This document shows positions 62,380 to 64,000 of a DNA stretch of 64,000 nucleotides, one piece after another. Source of the DNA: an uncultured Chlamydiae bacterium (GTDB lineage Bacteria; Chlamydiota; Chlamydiia; Chlamydiales; JAJFMA01). A program made the position numbers and the translations under genes. Location: assembly GCA_963713615.1 (NCBI GenBank), contig CAVQMM010000001.1, positions 3,456,001-3,520,000 on the forward strand, given 5' to 3'. The notes beneath the pieces are model-generated. The model worked only from the letters and a program-made list of their open reading frames with translations. It had not been told where the DNA came from and ran no database searches. The stretch's first letter is position 1; every line of letters begins with the position of its first letter.

Positions 62380-63378
62380 TTAAGGGATAGCTCTCTCAGA
62401 TTTGGTTATAGAGTGACTTGAGGATGGTTGTAAGAGGGTTTCGGCATTTCTATAGCATATCTTTTCACGAATCGCGTCGGTAATGGGAGCTTGTTCCAGG
62501 AATTGCGCCGCCACTTCCGAGGATTCATAGGGATAATCGACAGAGAACATGACTCTTTCCTCCCCGAGTTCTTGGATAGCGCATAATAGAGGTCCATTGG
62601 AGCACATTCCTGAGGTTGTTACATAGAAATTTTCTTTTATGTATTGAGATGGGACCTTTTTTAACTTTTTGGGTTGTTTGATAATATTCCACCGACTGTC
62701 AAGCCTCCAGAGAAGGTAGGGAAGCGTTTCGCCCATGTGGCCAAGAATTAAGCTTAACCGAGGAAATCGATCAAACAGGCCAGAGAATAGTAGTCGAAGG
62801 GCATGGGTCCCTGTTTCCACGGTCCATCCCCACAGTGCACCGGAGAGTTCGGGATGACCTTTATAGCTTAAAGGCATTGTCTGAGGGCTTCCGGGATGTA
62901 GATAGACAGGAACTCCCAGTTCTTCAACTTTTTCCCAAAATGGATAAAACATTTCCTCATCTAGGTAGAGGCCGTTGGTTTGTCCATTGACCAGTGCCCC
63001 CAAAAATTGGTAATCGCGGACGCAGCGTTCAAGCTCGCTAGCGGCGCTGAGGGGATTTTGTAGGGCTAAGGTAGCAAAGCCTCTAAAGCGTTTAGGGTGT
63101 TTGGCTATCTTTTCTACAAGGAATTCATTGGTCTGGCTTGCTAGCTTCTCGGCTATGTTGGCAGGCATGTTTCCCTGAACTCCAGGATCCGTTAGGGAGA
63201 GCACAGAAAGCTCGATACCAGCCTTGTTCATGGCTTCGATGCGCAAATGGTCAATGTCCAATAGGCGAGCTTGGAAATCACCGGTCACGTTGGGATTCAT
63301 GGCCGCAAAATCGCTTTTGCGAGTGTATTCTAGAAAATCAGGAGTAATAAAATGCTCTTCAAGGGCGATTTTTTTCAT
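62380..63378 (-). CDS. Amidohydrolase-2 family decarboxylase (dihydroxybenzoate decarboxylase-like)
   Basis: IALEEHF, YLHP, GHMGETLP, FSVDYPYE. Confidence 0.88.
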   Translation of the reverse strand: MKKIALEEHFITPDFLEYTRKSDFAAMNPNVTGDFQARLLDIDHLRIEAMNKAGIELSVLSLTDPGVQGNMPANIAEKLASQTNEFLVEKIAKHPKRFRGFATLALQNPLSAASELERCVRDYQFLGALVNGQTNGLYLDEEMFYPFWEKVEELGVPVYLHPGSPQTMPLSYKGHPELSGALWGWTVETGTHALRLLFSGLFDRFPRLSLILGHMGETLPYLLWRLDSRWNIIKQPKKLKKVPSQYIKENFYVTTSGMCSNGPLLCAIQELGEERVMFSVDYPYESSEVAAQFLEQAPITDAIREKICYRNAETLLQPSSSHSITKSERAIP

Positions 63379-63601
63379 GTTCTTCCATCCTGGTGAATAC
63401 GTGACATTGATCTTCGTGTAAAAACTATTTTATTTTAACGCAAGCATGTCACGCCAGTTATGGATTGTATTTAAACGCTACGCAAGAGCTTTGCATAACG
63501 TTTGCGGAGCTTACACGGCGGTTCTGAAGAAATGAGGCTCTAAAAGCGGGAAAATTGTAATATTATTGCGTGTCAAGAACCCAATGCAATGCAGGAGGAT
63601 A

Positions 63602-63976
63602 ATGATGAAACTGGGAGCTTTCTCTGTCAGTTTGACTGTAAAGGATATCGAGGCGTCCAGACTCTTTTACGAAAAACTGGGATTTACAGTCTTCGCAGGA
63701 GATCAATCGCAGAATTGGCTAATTTTGAAAAATGGTGATTACACTATTGGACTGTTTCAAGGGATGTTCGATAAGAACGTTCTCACCTTCAACCCGGGCT
63801 GGAATAAGGATGCTCAGCAACTCAACGAATTCACGGATATTCGAAAGTTGCAGCGTCAGCTCAAGGATAGTGGCATAAACATGATTTTAGAGGCGGACGA
63901 AAGCTCGACTGGTCCAGCTAGCTTTATGATGGTTGATCCAGATGGAAACCCAATTCTGGTTGACCAGCACGTATAG
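63602..63976 (+). CDS. VOC/glyoxalase family protein
   Basis: SLTVKDIEASRLFYEKLGF...DPDGNPILVDQH; GGAGG RBS. Confidence 0.9.
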   Translation: MMKLGAFSVSLTVKDIEASRLFYEKLGFTVFAGDQSQNWLILKNGDYTIGLFQGMFDKNVLTFNPGWNKDAQQLNEFTDIRKLQRQLKDSGINMILEADESSTGPASFMMVDPDGNPILVDQHV

Positions 63977-64000
63977 GAAGCTATACGCATCGACCTAAGC

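Overview
Chromosomal window from a member of the phylum Chlamydiota, most likely an environmental lineage. The assignment rests on the rplF-rplR-rpsE-rplO-secY-rpsM-rpsK-rpoA-rplQ-gapA-grgA gene order (no rpmD, adk, infA, rpmJ or rpsD) and a GrgA/CT504 homologue. After about 10.8 kb of core genes, a tRNA-Leu(UAA) at 10827-10910 is an integration hotspot: its 3' 56-58 bp recur at 27471, 34885 and 45358, delimiting three tandem segments. The tRNA-proximal segment (about 16.6 kb) looks like a largely intact plasmid/phage hybrid. It has a tyrosine integrase, a truncated pGP7/pGP8-like recombinase, an Xis-like gene, a DnaB helicase, a Rep-like protein followed by three iterons at 22-bp spacing, and a terminase large subunit flanked by two TerS-like paralogues, but no recognisable portal, capsid or tail genes. 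A perfect 20-bp inverted repeat links the integrase leader to the ribosome-binding site of the Xis-like gene. The two distal segments are decayed and carry IS1634, an IS66 with a passenger gene, and many toxin-antitoxin modules and remnants. At least four MITE families with visible target-site duplications occur; one is nested and inverted between the two copies of a 1.46-kb duplication flanking dinB/mazG. Near the right end is an APC amino-acid permease-HAMP-histidine kinase fusion with an adjacent response regulator, a candidate amino-acid 'transceptor'. All family assignments come from motif recognition, not database searches.
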